The notes under the pieces: generated by a model
What the model was told of the DNA's origin: nothing
The model's input: only the letters and a program-made list of their open reading frames with translations
Databases searched by the model: none
Origin: Balanoglossus misakiensis
Lineage: Eukaryota; Animalia; Hemichordata
DNA: 64,000 nucleotides
Reading direction: 5' to 3'
Assembly: GCA_040954595.2 (NCBI GenBank)
Contig: CM082590.2
Span: 4,898,001-4,962,000 of the forward strand
Program-made: the position numbers and the translations under genes
In this document: one piece after another, positions 24,095 to 37,344 of the stretch
How positions within the stretch are numbered: the stretch's first letter is position 1
Layout: each line of letters begins with the position of its first letter

Positions 24095-24699
24095 TTATAT
24101 CGAGATTTATATGCCATTCTTCTTTGGGGCTGTGGATAATTCACACACGCGCACAATATCCCTTCATAGGGAAAATGCGAATATTGTGAGTTTGGATCGC
24201 GAATAAAACATGGTGCAGACATTGCTGAAAGGAAACCATTGCATCGGTGAAATTATGATCACAAAATACTGGAATTCCAACAAAACGAAAACAATGAACG
24301 ACATTCCAGGATAACGACGACCGGCCCATAATGCACTACTGAGCACAAAATGTCTGACTTGTAAATTTGAACAGATGAAGAACTTGCTGGTGTATAACCC
24401 CCCCCCCCCCACCGCCTACTCGTCCCGTACATGAAGGCAGAAGACAATAAACCATACTGAAATGTGCTAGTACCTCAATTTTTGTGTGTAGACATAACTG
24501 TTTATTAGAAATAAAAGAACTGATGCATGATGTACCTTAATCTGACGGTGAATTGGGATTAAAGCCTTCATTAGCAACTTCTCCACTATGGTATATTAGG
24601 GACCGTATAGTTTTTACTGCTGGGGAGGGGGGGGGGGCAAAATCCAGGGGCACTTAAATTTTGAAGTCGAAAAGGGGGCGGTTATCATGTACTTTAATA

Positions 24700-24764
24700 T
24701 AAACGGTGTCTTGTATCAAACATAATTAATGGAAAAAGGGCAGCGAGAGAGAGACTTTGTCCCT
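24700..24764. mobile_element. Right terminus of the TTAA-flanked MITE family seen at 3999-4692
   Basis: gtgtcttgtatcaaacataattaatggaaaaagggcagcgagagagagactttgtccct followed by TTAA. Confidence 0.65.
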
Positions 24765-24924
24765 TTAATCTTATGCTGAATTGGGATTAAAGCGTTAATT
24801 AGCAACTTCTTCACTATGGTATATTAGTGTCATGAGTTTTGGAACAAACATTCTGTGATGAAAATATTGTTTATGGTCAGTAGATATCACAACTTCATGT
24901 TTACACACGCACCGATTTAATTTA

Positions 24925-26983
24925 ATTAGGGGACCAAGCGCCCTCAGGCGCTTGGTCCCCTTCTGTTATTGCTGGAGTTTTTCTTCTTTCTTCTTGAGTC
25001 GTTTTTTTGCTCCCGTTTTTCTCAAAATCAACGTGGCCTAGGACCTTGAAATTTGGCACGATGGTCGGGGCCCATGAGTACTGGTGCACCTGCCCTTTGA
25101 ATTTGTAATTAGTCACGTGACTTGGTGGCTATAATCGAGCGAAATTTTCAAATTTACCTAATTTGCACGTTAATGGCGGCATGTACATTCTTTTCGCGAT
25201 TTTTGTAGACCATGTGGCCAAAATACCCTGTGCCAAATTTCAACGTCCTAGGCCACGTCGATTTTGAGAAGAAGATTTTTGTAATATTATTCGCATTTTT
25301 TGGTGGGCTGAGGACGGACACTGGGGCATCGGACTTTGACCGTCATTACGTAATGTTGTGGAGATCTCATTAGCAGGGTACTCACTTCTGGCGGGTTGCA
25401 GTAGTCCTTGGAAAATCGGCTGAAATACTAAACTGACCAGTGATTATTTTCCACGGAATGAATTTTGGGACAACACATTATCGGAGTTCAGGCTGTGTTA
25501 GGGCGTTTTATTGAATTACGCTGAGTTTGTTAGCTGTTGCCGTTCAAATGTTTCTATCCAGACCCGGCTACACTGGTTAACATTCAATGTAATGCGGCGG
25601 CGGACTTTGACCCTTAGTCGCTAATGTGGCCGAAATACATCAGAAGACCAGTGATTTTCTTGCACGTAGGGAGTATGGTACCAGCAATAATCAGAGATCA
25701 GGCTTCGTTGCCGTTCAAAAGTTCCTACTTCAGTCGTGATGTTACAACTGGACGTTCAGTATGGGGGTCGGCCCACAGGTGGCCGTGGGGGTTATCAGGT
25801 CGCCCGTAATGGCACGCAGCTTCATGCAGCTGTATGGGACCAAAATACTAGTAATACGCCCGATTCGGGGGTCACCTGTGACACCTGTGTAACTCAATTA
25901 TGTGCATGCGTAATTGTGGAGTCAATGATAGGGATGCTAGCGTGGTATTTGTTGCACATGGATCAATTTGAAGTCCGATTTTCCTGTCAAGTTATGGGCG
26001 ACCTTATGTGACATTTCACCTACTTTTGCTTAGTGAGCATCCACAGCAGATGCATGCAGCTTTGGCGTTGGGGGGTGGGGGTGGGGGGGGCATATACGGA
26101 TGGGACCATAATGATATACCAAAGGCGGGGTCCCCTGTTGCACCTGCCTAAGTCATTGATTTTGTACATTTAATTGGACACTAACCAACAGGGCAATATG
26201 TGTGGTTTTTGTTCCACAGGGACGAATGTAAGTGTCAGTTTGTTTTTGCCCAAATGTATACGTTGATTTGGATGACCTATGTCGTACAGTGCCATATCTC
26301 AGCCCGTTGTACAGGTGCAGCTTTGGTATTTGGAGGGATGAAACTATCATGAAATGTCAAATACAGGGGGATACCTGCGACACCTGCTTGATTCATGTAT
26401 TACGTGCATACCTAATGGTAGGTAAAGTGAAATGGTTGCAAATGTAGGATTTGTTGCACATGACATAAACAGGAATGAACATTTTTTGTCAAATTTTTGG
26501 GTGACCTCAGGTGTCCATTGACCTGCTTTCCATATGTTAGCACGCACATCATATATAGCCAGGTGTTTGGAGGGGTAGGGTAGGACCCTCTGCGTCATGA
26601 AATGCTAAATTCCTGGGGCCACCTGTAACTTACTCACGTAACTCATTATTATGGCCATATCTAATTTGACAAACTCAAACAGCGAGGATTTTCCGTTGTC
26701 TTGAATATGAACCAAATAAGAATCCTAATTGTTGGCCCAATTTTTGGGTACCCTCAGCTGACCTTTGAAGTATACTTACTGAAGTACTTACAACGTAGAA
26801 GTTCACCTTTGGTTGTTGTGTTTGTACTTGTAAGACATCCATTTCGGGTGGTTGCCTACTTCCCCATATCTCTATATCCAGAGCAAATACAGCCTACGCA
26901 TTTGAATGGTACAACCCTGAATGGAGTCTAATGGTTATTAACTCTATGCTTGGGCCCCTTCAATGCTGCTTGCAGCTTTAATT
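24925..26983 (+). mobile_element. Non-autonomous Helentron (HINE/DINE-like) element in ROCO intron 1
   Basis: 5' subterminal palindrome GGGGACCAAGCGCC..GGCGCTTGGTCCCC, 3' subTIR GCTTGGGCCCC, terminal hairpin GCTGCTTGCAGC followed by TTTAATT, T-rich insertion site. Confidence 0.75.
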
Positions 26984-27914
26984 TCTTTTGGGGTTACAAC
27001 AAATATGTGCTCTTGGAGAGAGAGTCGGTGTTGACACGTCGAGGGGATAAAATATCCATTGCTTATTGTTCTTCAAAACTTAAGCGAGGGGTTTGGGTTA
27101 AATGAAAATATTTGCACTTGGCATGCCTCACGTCATGCATTATGTTCGTGATTTTAAATATCAACTTTCGATTGGTTAAAGCTTACTCGTGGGTCATGTC
27201 GTCTGTCGGCAAAGGATACGGAGAAGATTGAGTCAGCTCATGGGGAATTCATAATTATCCACGACCCCTTATGACCAACACCATGCCTGCGTCACCTTGA
27301 ATGAACTCATTTCGGGTCAAAGGTTATCATCATTTGATATGGCGTCAATCTGACTGCCCCAAATATAGACACATTGCTAGACATGGTTACAAAGTAGGCC
27401 TAACACAGACATGGATTTCAATGGGTGTTTTATCTAAAGCTAGAACTCGCTCATAAAATTGTGTTTACTTAGGACTTGCTCAACCGGTAAAATTATTTTT
27501 AAAAAATATCGTTCAATGGAGACTTGGACTTGTGAATGGAAAACATTGTGATTAGTGTGACTTTTTTGTCAACTGGGTAATTGTTTATTTATTAATGCAC
27601 TATCTAGCAATACACACAGACACTAGAAGTTTCTATGTTTTCCGTGTGTAGGGCAAGCTGACCCGTTGAAACATAAACCTATTAGGCACCGACTAGCGCC
27701 ACAAGTCTAAACGTAACCGTCATGTGTTTTGTGACCAAAATGTCTGGTTAAATTTACGTGCATGGGGTTGAAGGGAGAAATTTTGAACAACAGTCCTCAG
27801 TCCACAAAACAAACAAAATATAAACCACTCATAAAAACAGTCGTCGTACGCGTCACTGCCAGACATCGTTGCATTTGGTGTGAAATGTCGGTTGTTATAG
27901 TTCACTTCACTTAC

Positions 27915-27944
27915 CTGTGGATTTTTAGCTTTTCTGGAAGCCAT
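27915..27944 (-). CDS. ROCO gene, probable first coding exon (MASRKAKNPQ)
   Basis: Kozak-like accATGG and CAG|GTAAGT donor. Phase 0 joins it in frame to the first ankyrin exon. Confidence 0.7.
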
Positions 27945-28084
27945 GGTTACGTTATTCACATTGTGTTGGAATACTTTAAGAATCTGGATCAGTAGCACCG
28001 CTTTAGAGTTGAACAAGTCAGCTTCGCAAATGTTCTATAATGGCGTCGTCGCCTACCTGGTCAGGTGATGTTGGCAAACAGTTT

Positions 28085-28110
28085 GGGAAAACCCCGATAA
28101 ATAAGGAAGT
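28085..28110. promoter_or_regulatory. Candidate NF-kB site (GGGAAAACCCC) and ETS core (AGGAAGT) upstream of the ROCO start
   Basis: Motif matches only, about 140-165 bp upstream of the ATG. Confidence 0.35.
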
Positions 28111-31100
28111 ACACTACAAAGGAAAATAATGACAAGAGTTGGGTCAAAGTTCATAACGCCATAAAAGTGTGGCATATACACTTCAATACTGTGGTGACGT
28201 CACTGCAGAACTCCTAGATTTCTGTTTAAATCACTTAACTAGTTGGCACATTAAGCAACAATTTGAATATTTATGTTTTATAACAGTACGAGCAGTGGAA
28301 TGAAGTGGCCTATTCCCACTTCACAAGCTTAAGTACAGGACATATTCTTGCTTTGCAGACTCTTCTCGCTTCACTAGTTCGCCACTGTCGGTGTGACTTT
28401 GCGTGGAGCGAAGCCAAAAGTGTCCGGGGAGAACACAGTCGCATGAGGAGTGTGCTGAGTTTACATGGCGATCACCTATGACACAGAAAATTGTCATAGG
28501 TGATCGCCGTGTTATACAATTCAACCCCCGTGCGACTGTGGGGGAGAATCACTGCATTCCATTGTGATGACGTACACACAAGACTAGCAATGAATTCAAC
28601 TATTACAAAGGACCCTTGACCTAGTTGACTTTCAGTCAATGCATGTTGTGCCAGACAGTATGTGTCCGACCGACAGGCCCCATCGAAGTTGACAGCCCAG
28701 TGCAGTATAAGATATCGTATACATGTACTGTGCTGTCAACTACAGAAGTGTCTGTAATCATGTGATTGTGAGTGAATATCATTGCACGTCTACGACTACA
28801 TTGACTATCAAGGATTTTGTTTCGTTTGTCAGTTGTGGGTGATTTCCTGTTAGTGTTGAGAAATTTAGTATTTCCCGTCTTTGCAAATTGGCATTTTTTC
28901 CAATATGTAGCATTATAGCCAAATACTACATTCTTGCCAACAGTGTCTTTAAATTTTGAATTGTTGCATGAGAGATTGAAAATCAGAGTATATTATATAA
29001 AAAAGAATCCACTCTCATAAAATCAATTTTAAGTGGTCATTATGACCTTTAATGTACTGTACATTAAAGTAAAAGATAGAATTCATAAGATATACAAGTA
29101 GTAAAACTTTTCTAAAATATAATTCAAGTGACCATCCAAAATAATCTATAAACTCAAAATCTCTGGTAGAATGAAGCTGAAGCAAGTGCTGGCAATTAAT
29201 GATTTATCTCAAACTTATATTTTTAAGCATTTCATCACCATAGTTAAGCTTAAATTCATTGTCTTAATTGGACCTCTATAAAGAGAAATGAAGTTGAAAG
29301 GGTAAAGGTAGTAATGCACCTTGAAAACTAAAGTCTTAATTTTTGACCGCAAATTGTGGGTCATGGTGCAAATTTTAAATGAGAGAACAAGGCTACAACC
29401 CAAATTTGAAATTCATAGTGGCCACCAATATCAGTGTAAGCTCTATGGAGAAAGGATTAAGTAAGAGTGATTTTTAGAAAATCATAACGGTAAAAACCTT
29501 GCTTGATTTTTTGATATAGCTGTTTAGATAATTTTACCATAGGAAAACTATAGCTTGAGGTGTGCAAATATGCTGACTGAAAACGTAGGATGGGACCACT
29601 TTTTTCACTCATCATGCTTAAAAACCAAAAATATGTGGTTTGACTTTTCCCATACAAAATGTAGAGCGGAATATTAAGTAAGGGTACCTGGAGGAACGAT
29701 AGGCGATATAATATCCACCACGTTGTTTCATGAGTCACTGGACTGACCCATCAGGAGACTAAACTGGCCAGTTTATTACTTGTTGCCTTTAAAACACATC
29801 AACAGTTTTCAAGATTAGAAATTCCGGTACTCATAGATATCAACACTTGTTGATGTGGTCAGTGGGGGAAACATTGTAAATTATGCATTTTAATGGTTTG
29901 CTGTAACCCAGGTTACATCAATTATTAATTAGCAGTCAGAATCTTTCAGCAAAACAAACTCTGAAAAAGAAGTTTGCTGCCAGGGTGGAAATAAATTAAA
30001 AGTTCCACCCTTAACTATAAAATTCCGCACAATGGGGCCATTGAAGAGGCTTATCAATCTAGAATTTGTAAAGTGAGACATATTTGAAGCCCCATGAGCT
30101 GCCAAATTCCACATTATTTCTCACAATAAAATACATAAGATCTTCTCCCTATATCCCCATTACAATTTGCACCATCAAGGCACACTACTTGCATACCACA
30201 ATAGTTGTATACTCTTTGTATGGAGGCAGATTAAACAGGCATGGCACCATTTAATATATCAATTGTTCAAATTGCAACATCCAGCCGAAATATGGCATCA
30301 ATAAGATGTTTATGTATACCTATAAGTTTAATCTTATTTAGATGGACCAATCTAAAGTTGGAAAGTAAAATCCTGAAAATAGTGCAAAAAGTGGCAGCTT
30401 TTGAGGATTTAAACAAGGGCAATTGACACATGACCCACAACACACGCACCGATAAGACTCAGTATAAGAAACGCGTTGGCAAACATTTACCAGTTGTCAT
30501 AAAACTGTCGGTAAATTGTATTGCTCTTATCAACAGAGAATGGCCTTCACCTGCATCTGATTACATGTTGGAGTCAATGAGACTCCATGTGTACCAGTGT
30601 CCAGTGTGTAATTGATATCAGCACCGCTCAACTCCATTCATACTTTTTAAATTAAAACTAAAACTTTGACTATTGTTCCTATTAGCCAACATCGATTGAA
30701 TTGTTGTTCATATCAGCGCGTTCACACTCACTCATGTACTATGTAAAGAAGAGTAAATGACATCCCAGTCCACACAAGAACACTATAAAAGTCATAAGTT
30801 TGTCCTTCCATTCATGAGGTTTCTGTAACTATTGTTCTTGATATTCCGATGGTTTAGTTTGAAGTTTATTGACATGCTGTCTGTTGAGCTTTGTGTCTTA
30901 AAGATTAAATACTGTTTGTTCTATTGGCTTTACGCGTATAGACTTTGACGGAAACCACTCAACACACTTAATATATAGCACAGGGTGTTTGTTTAGTCGG
31001 CAGAAAAACACTCCACCACAATCAAGTAGCTATAAACATTTTTCAACCAGTTCGCGATTAAGTCAGGAATTATCGTGAGCTACAGGTCATACAGCTGTTT

Positions 31101-31294
31101 GGCAAATTATTGTCGCAACAATGGCCCTTTAAGAGCAACATTTTCTGAGTTACCAAAAGAGGCCATGGTTTATTTCGCATGGTTTTAATTATACTAGTTT
31201 AGTATCTAGCCGTATTTTGTCCGCTTTGCTTTCAAAATTATGTCTAGAGTCATGCATGCTCCTACATGCCACTGGACCAATAAAACCTTGGAAT

Positions 31295-32044
31295 TGTGAT
31301 GTAACTAGCGACCCTCTGAAGTCAATCCCAGACTATTTTTCGTAGGATTGGACAAATGATATACATACATGTGTACTTTGTCACGATTGAGTTTTAACGA
31401 TCATAGATCTTGTTTATGATTAAGTAAGAAGTCATTCACTTCTATGGTTTTAGTCCAGTATTGACATATAGGTACTTGACCCAGAGTAAACAAGATTGTG
31501 TAATTGATACATGTCAGAAGGAGATAGAGATATCACGCGCTAAGTTCATGTTTAAGAAATATTAAGATGACGTGTTCCTTTTATGACTTAATACTTGACT
31601 AACGTATTAATAAGGTGTGGTGAAATTTGGGATCACACGTTTATAACGGGAGATCCGTGATGGGAGTCAACGAGCATGGATCGAGTCGTGTAATTCTTAC
31701 GTGTGACCAGTAATAAACCAGAACTTTGTGTTACTCGGAAAACTTGTTGCAAGTCTCTGTCTACGAAAGGTTTACGATCTGCCGGGTACCTCTCTCGGAC
31801 TTTATGAATATGTTGGGTGGAGAAGGAGATGGAGAGAAGTTACGCCGTCACCCTTCGGACGTGGCTGATTCCCCACAGAAGCGTCCGAAGGAGGTGAGCG
31901 TCCGAAGGAGGACGGCCGCGCCCGTAATAACAACTTAAGGATGGGTACAATTTCAAATTAGCCCCACCTTTACTATGATCTAACACCCAATCACCAGTGT
32001 TCAGGATATGTGATTGACTACAAGGGGACACAAGTTACATCACA
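31295..32044 (+). mobile_element. LTR-like 750-bp element with TG...CA ends (possible solo LTR)
   Basis: 12-bp terminal inverted repeat TGTGATGTAACT/AGTTACATCACA, internal TTTATAA and AATAAA. No direct TSD. Confidence 0.5.
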
Positions 32045-33764
32045 ACTCCTAGACTATTCGAGCGCTGGCGAAATGGAACCAATCAGAACGTGTGTCTCAT
32101 AAATGTATCGAAATGCAAATTTTAACCGTTACTTTGCCATTTATTCGCTGTCCTGCGTGAGTGTTGGGTAATTGATGGTGATTGGCTGCTCTGTTTCGTC
32201 GATGGTGTAAATCACAGTCGCGGATTGACCGTGTGTAAATCCTTTTGCTCGTGTCCGCTTATTATCCGGGGACTTCAGTGAAGTCGCTCAGGTCTGACTG
32301 TCAAAAGGACACCGCTCGAACAAGTATACAGTAAATCATGACATATTGAGTAGAATATTGTATTTCAAGGGGTATATTGTTTTGAAAATTGGGCCAGGAC
32401 AGGCCTAAATTGCAGGCCCAGTCAGACGAAATTGTGTCTACAGCACATTATATAGCTATGTCAGCCCAGCTGTCACATATATTGTGAAAGGCTGGCGCCA
32501 TACCTGCGTTACCTTGAAGGAACTCATGTCGGGTCAGAGGTCATCATTCATTTATATTGCATGACTCCGGTCTGCCATGTTTATAGACACACTGTCAGAA
32601 TGACTACAAAGTACCACAGGCATGTATTTCAACATGTGTTTATCTCAAGCTAGGACCTGCTGCTAATAAAAAGTTAGTTTACAACAAATCAGCGAAAGAG
32701 GTAATACGTGTAACCAGAAAAATTATAAATAAAATGTCGTGATGAGAGACCGGGACTTCTCTGTTTTTTGTCACACCTTGGATAACCGCATTTGTGTTGA
32801 AGAAAATTAACTGAACGTTAAGTAGGTCGTGAGACGGATAAACGCCAACTTGAAGTAGGTTAATTTAAGTTTACATATAATATCCATAAATTATAAGACC
32901 CACATTGACAAACAGTTTTAGACAGGTCAATCCAATTTTTGATTTCCATCCCCGTACTACTGTTGTCCTCCCTCTTGTCGCTACCGAGTCAATCGGATTC
33001 AACACCCTAACACGTGTAATGTAGATAAGCAATTGCTTGCAGTTATTATTGTCGTAGAGAATGGCCTTCATCAACACCTTCATCTGACTTTATTTGGAGT
33101 CAGTGGGACTCCATGTGTACCGGTGTTAATTGTGTCATCTTTATCAGCACCCTTCATTTGCATTAATCCTTTTCGACTAGGATTTATTAAAACCGAGACC
33201 AGTATTCATAAAATTGTCAGCCAATATTGATTTTATTGCTGTTATCAGCGCTCTCTCAGTGATACGAAGTAAAGGAGTATGGGGATATTTGTGACATGAC
33301 CACTATAAAATGTATTCATAAATTAGACCTTTCAGCTATGATGTTTGGGACTATATGTGCATCGAGAATTGTTTTTGTGGATATTCCGATCCGTGGAATC
33401 CGTTTTGAAATTAATTGTCATACAAACAATCTATTCAGCTTGTAATCAGAAGAAATTTACTTAGGGTCTTAAAGATTAAATACATATATACTGTTTATTG
33501 TTTTGGCTTTATGGCATACCGAAACCACTCAACACATTTTATAGCACATAATGTTTTAGTTGGTAGAGAAATACTCCGCCATTCAAACACACAATCAAGC
33601 AGGATAGAAACACTTCTCAACCAGATCGCGATAAAGTCAGGATTATCATGAGCTAGAATTCATACAGCTGTTTTGCATTCAACACATTGACGTAAACTAT
33701 TCCCCCCTGTACAGTTTCTGCGTTGCCAGAAGAGACCGTGTTTTATTTCTCATGTTTAGAATTA

Positions 33765-35166
33765 TTCAATTATTCATCGGCCAGTTAAAGAGTTGACGAA
33801 ATGGAGCCAATCAGAATGTACGTCTCACAAATGTGTTCACATATAAATTAAACCGTTACTTGTCCAGTACTATTCTATTTTGACTGCAGATCGCTGTCTT
33901 ACGTGAATGTTGCATGATTGATTTGGGGTTTTGTGCTACTCCGTTTTCTTGGCAAGCTCAGTCGAGCAGTGATGACAGTGCTCGAACAAGTACAACGGTA
34001 AATCCTGACACGTTGAGTAGCTTCATGAGTGTGAGTACACATATGTTCCACAGAAGATTGCATCGAGGACACACTGTACTGTCAACAGGATCGCGTGTCA
34101 GAATAGTCAAGTATCTAGTATCTAGCCGTATTTTGTCCGCTTTGCTTCCAAAACTACGTACGTCTAACCACTTTGCAAAGTAAACACAAAGTGTCGCCAT
34201 GCAATGTGAACTGCAATGTGAAGCAAATACGTCCACAAATTACAATGATCATTTATTGCGATACTGTTTTAGATGTTCAGGATATTAACTGAGAATTTAC
34301 TTTTGCCAGCCAACATCATCTTTTTATAATGTCAATTAAATTCAAGACTCGTTGCATCATTTCAAAACATTAATTCCTACATACAAAGTAATAATTGGTA
34401 AATTAGCTAACTTTTGTCTTATTACACTTACCGCCGAGTTCTGAATGACACGCCGTCAAAGCCACTTCAATTATTCATCGGCCAGTTAAAGAGTTGACGA
34501 AATGGAGCCAATCAGAATGTACGTCTCACAAATGTGTTCACATATAAATTAAACCGTTACTTGTCCAGTACTATTCTATTTTGACTGCAGATCGCTGTCT
34601 TACGTGAATGTTGCATGATTGATTTGGGGTTTTGTGCTACTCCGTTTTCTTGGCAAGCTCAGTCGAGCAGTGATGACAGTGCTCGAACAAGTACAACGGT
34701 AAATCCTGACACGTTGAGTAGCTTCATGAGTGTGAGTACACATATGTTCCACAGAAGATTGCATCGAGGACACACTGTACTGTCAACAGGATCGCGTGTC
34801 AGAATAGTCAAGTATCTAGTATCTAGCCGTATTTTGTCCGCTTTGCTTCTAAAACTACGTACGTCTAACCACTTTGCAAAGTAAACACAAAGTGTCGCCA
34901 TGCAATGTGAACTGCAATGTGAAGCAAATACGTCCACAAATTACAATGATCATTTATTGCGATACTGTTTTAGATGTTCAGGATATTAACTGAGAATTTA
35001 CTTTTGCCAGCCAACATCATCTTTTTATAATGTCAATTAAATTCAAGACTCGTTGCATCATTTCAAAACATTAATTCCTACATACAAAGTAATAATTGGT
35101 AAATTAGCTAACTTTTGTCTTATTACACTTACCGCCGAGTTCTGAATGACACGCCGTCAAAGCCAC
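33765..35166. repeat. Near-perfect 701-bp tandem duplication
   Basis: 33765-34465 is repeated at 34466-35166; the paired ORFs are offset by 701 with one visible substitution. Confidence 0.95.
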
Positions 35167-36411
35167 TGGACGTCAACCTGCATACACGGCCAGAATAGTC
35201 GCTGAATGACAGAGCAGACAACTTTAAAGGAACCGCATTGATAACAGCGTCACTTTGCATGGTTTATTGCTGTCCACCACTGCCTTGCACAAATGGAATT
35301 CAACCGAAACCACTCGACGTCATTTATTGCAACTAGTGTTTACCTTTACACACAAAAAAAACCCTGCTGTAAACTATCAGCAAAGTTTAACTCTAAAGTC
35401 TTTTTCTTCTCTATAAAATGCAAGTATGAATTTTACCAGCCATTTAGTAATGCAAATTGTCCATTATTTTGTGCGTATATGTGTTGAAATGTATAAGCGT
35501 AGCGGGGGGGGGCATCTCTTAAAGATTAAATACGGTTAAATCTATTGGCATTATGCGTATAGACTTTGACAGAAACCACTCAACACACTTAATATATAGG
35601 ACTGTTTGTTTAGTCGACAGAAAAACACTCCACCACAATCAAGTAACATACAAACATTTTTCAACCAGATCACAATAAAGTCAGGAATTATCGTGAGCTA
35701 CAGCTTATACAGCTGTTTGGCAAAATATTGTCGCAACAATGGCCCCTTAAGAGCACTACATCTTCTTTTTAATATCTCGAATAAATTCAATAATCCTTGT
35801 GGCATCATTTCCAACTACCAAAACAAACTAATAATTGCAACATTAGCTAACTTTAGTCTTGAACTGATGTTACGATCTGTATAAAGGTCAAATACGATTT
35901 CAAGGGTTAATTAATCCAGAGCTCGGGAATGTCAATGTTTGATAGTATTTGATTTTATGTATTTGAAGTAGATAGGGAGAGCGGGTGTTTACCTGACTGC
36001 TCTGATTGTCAATCATCACCGAACTGACTTTGTTATATAACACTTTATGTAAATTGGTACGTATAGAGTTGACTGATGCCCAATGAAATTGTAACACATT
36101 GTATTTGTGATATTTCACATTATTAACCACACCTTGAGAAAAGTAATTATAAGAGAACCTTGTTTCCAAAGTGGGAGAAGAATAATCTAACGGGAGATGG
36201 GAGTACCTCAGGCTACTGAGCTCGTTCCCTTCCTCATGTACTTTACTGGGCGTATTTGATGTACTATATAATTCCGGACAATAAATGAACGTGAATCAGA
36301 TACGTGTCTCCGTGGATCACTGTTCTCGTCAGAGCCCGATACCTCATCGCTACAGATTCCCCGATGCATGAACAATCATGAGAAACCAGCCGTAATACAT
36401 GGTGGAGATAC

Positions 36412-37344
36412 GTGGGTAGACGAAACAAATCCATCGGAGACAGAAACGGCGACGTCCAGCGGAAAGATTACAGCATGGATCGCGAGATGCTAAACGACAT
36501 GAACAGTCAAATATCGGAAATACGACAGGTTACACTCAGAGCTGGAGGTCTGGTAGGCCCAGGTTTCTTTTCGGCTACAGAGACTGAGAATGCACACCGA
36601 TGGTGGAAAAGATATATAGACTTTGCTGACTTTAAGCAATGGTCAGACGAGAAACGGCTTAAAGGAATCGGACTATATTTGACTGGTGAAGCGGAGCGAT
36701 GGTTCTACAGACTGTCTGCTGAAAAGAAAAATGACATGACGACACTGCAAAATGTCTTCCTCGCTCGTTTTGATAAGTGCGGTCCGATGTGGCTGTATGA
36801 CGAGAAACTGTTTCGCCTGAAGCAACTGCCGGACCAGACTGTTGAACAATATGCGGAATTAATATGCGAAAAAGCAGAAAAAGCGAAAAAGACTGATGAG
36901 GAACTACTATCTTTCTTCATGAACGGACTGAGACCGGACATACTAAAGTTCGTAGCGGGAATGTCACCTAAGGACTTCGAAACAGCGTACAAACATGCTC
37001 GAACAGCAGAGGTCGTGGCAGGATTACCAGAGACAGACGAGCCAGAAGCGGGTCTTTTACAACAAATCTCGACACGGATTGACGAGATGAAACAAGAAGA
37101 TCAAGAAATGAAGACCAAATCAAGCGCGGCAGATCATCGAGGACGATCGACAAAAAGAGAGAAGAAATCGCCGAATTACACAGCAAGAGAACGAACAATA
37201 GACTATAAGGTAAAGAGGAACAGATATAATTTTACTGGGCACTCTGCCCAACGTTTTCCTCGGCATAGTCAATTTAATTCCCGTGCATGTTTTAATTGTG
37301 GGCGTTACGATCATATAGCTAGAAATTGTTCAAAATATGCGTAA
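36412..37344 (+). CDS. gag: Retrotransposon Gag (capsid-like region plus CCHC nucleocapsid knuckle)
   Basis: L.GEAERWF, Q..DQTVEQY (major homology region-like), F.NGLRPDI, CFNCGRYDHIARNC. The first ATG is at about 36475. Confidence 0.9.
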   Translation: MGRRNKSIGDRNGDVQRKDYSMDREMLNDMNSQISEIRQVTLRAGGLVGPGFFSATETENAHRWWKRYIDFADFKQWSDEKRLKGIGLYLTGEAERWFYRLSAEKKNDMTTLQNVFLARFDKCGPMWLYDEKLFRLKQLPDQTVEQYAELICEKAEKAKKTDEELLSFFMNGLRPDILKFVAGMSPKDFETAYKHARTAEVVAGLPETDEPEAGLLQQISTRIDEMKQEDQEMKTKSSAADHRGRSTKREKKSPNYTARERTIDYKVKRNRYNFTGHSAQRFPRHSQFNSRACFNCGRYDHIARNCSKYA

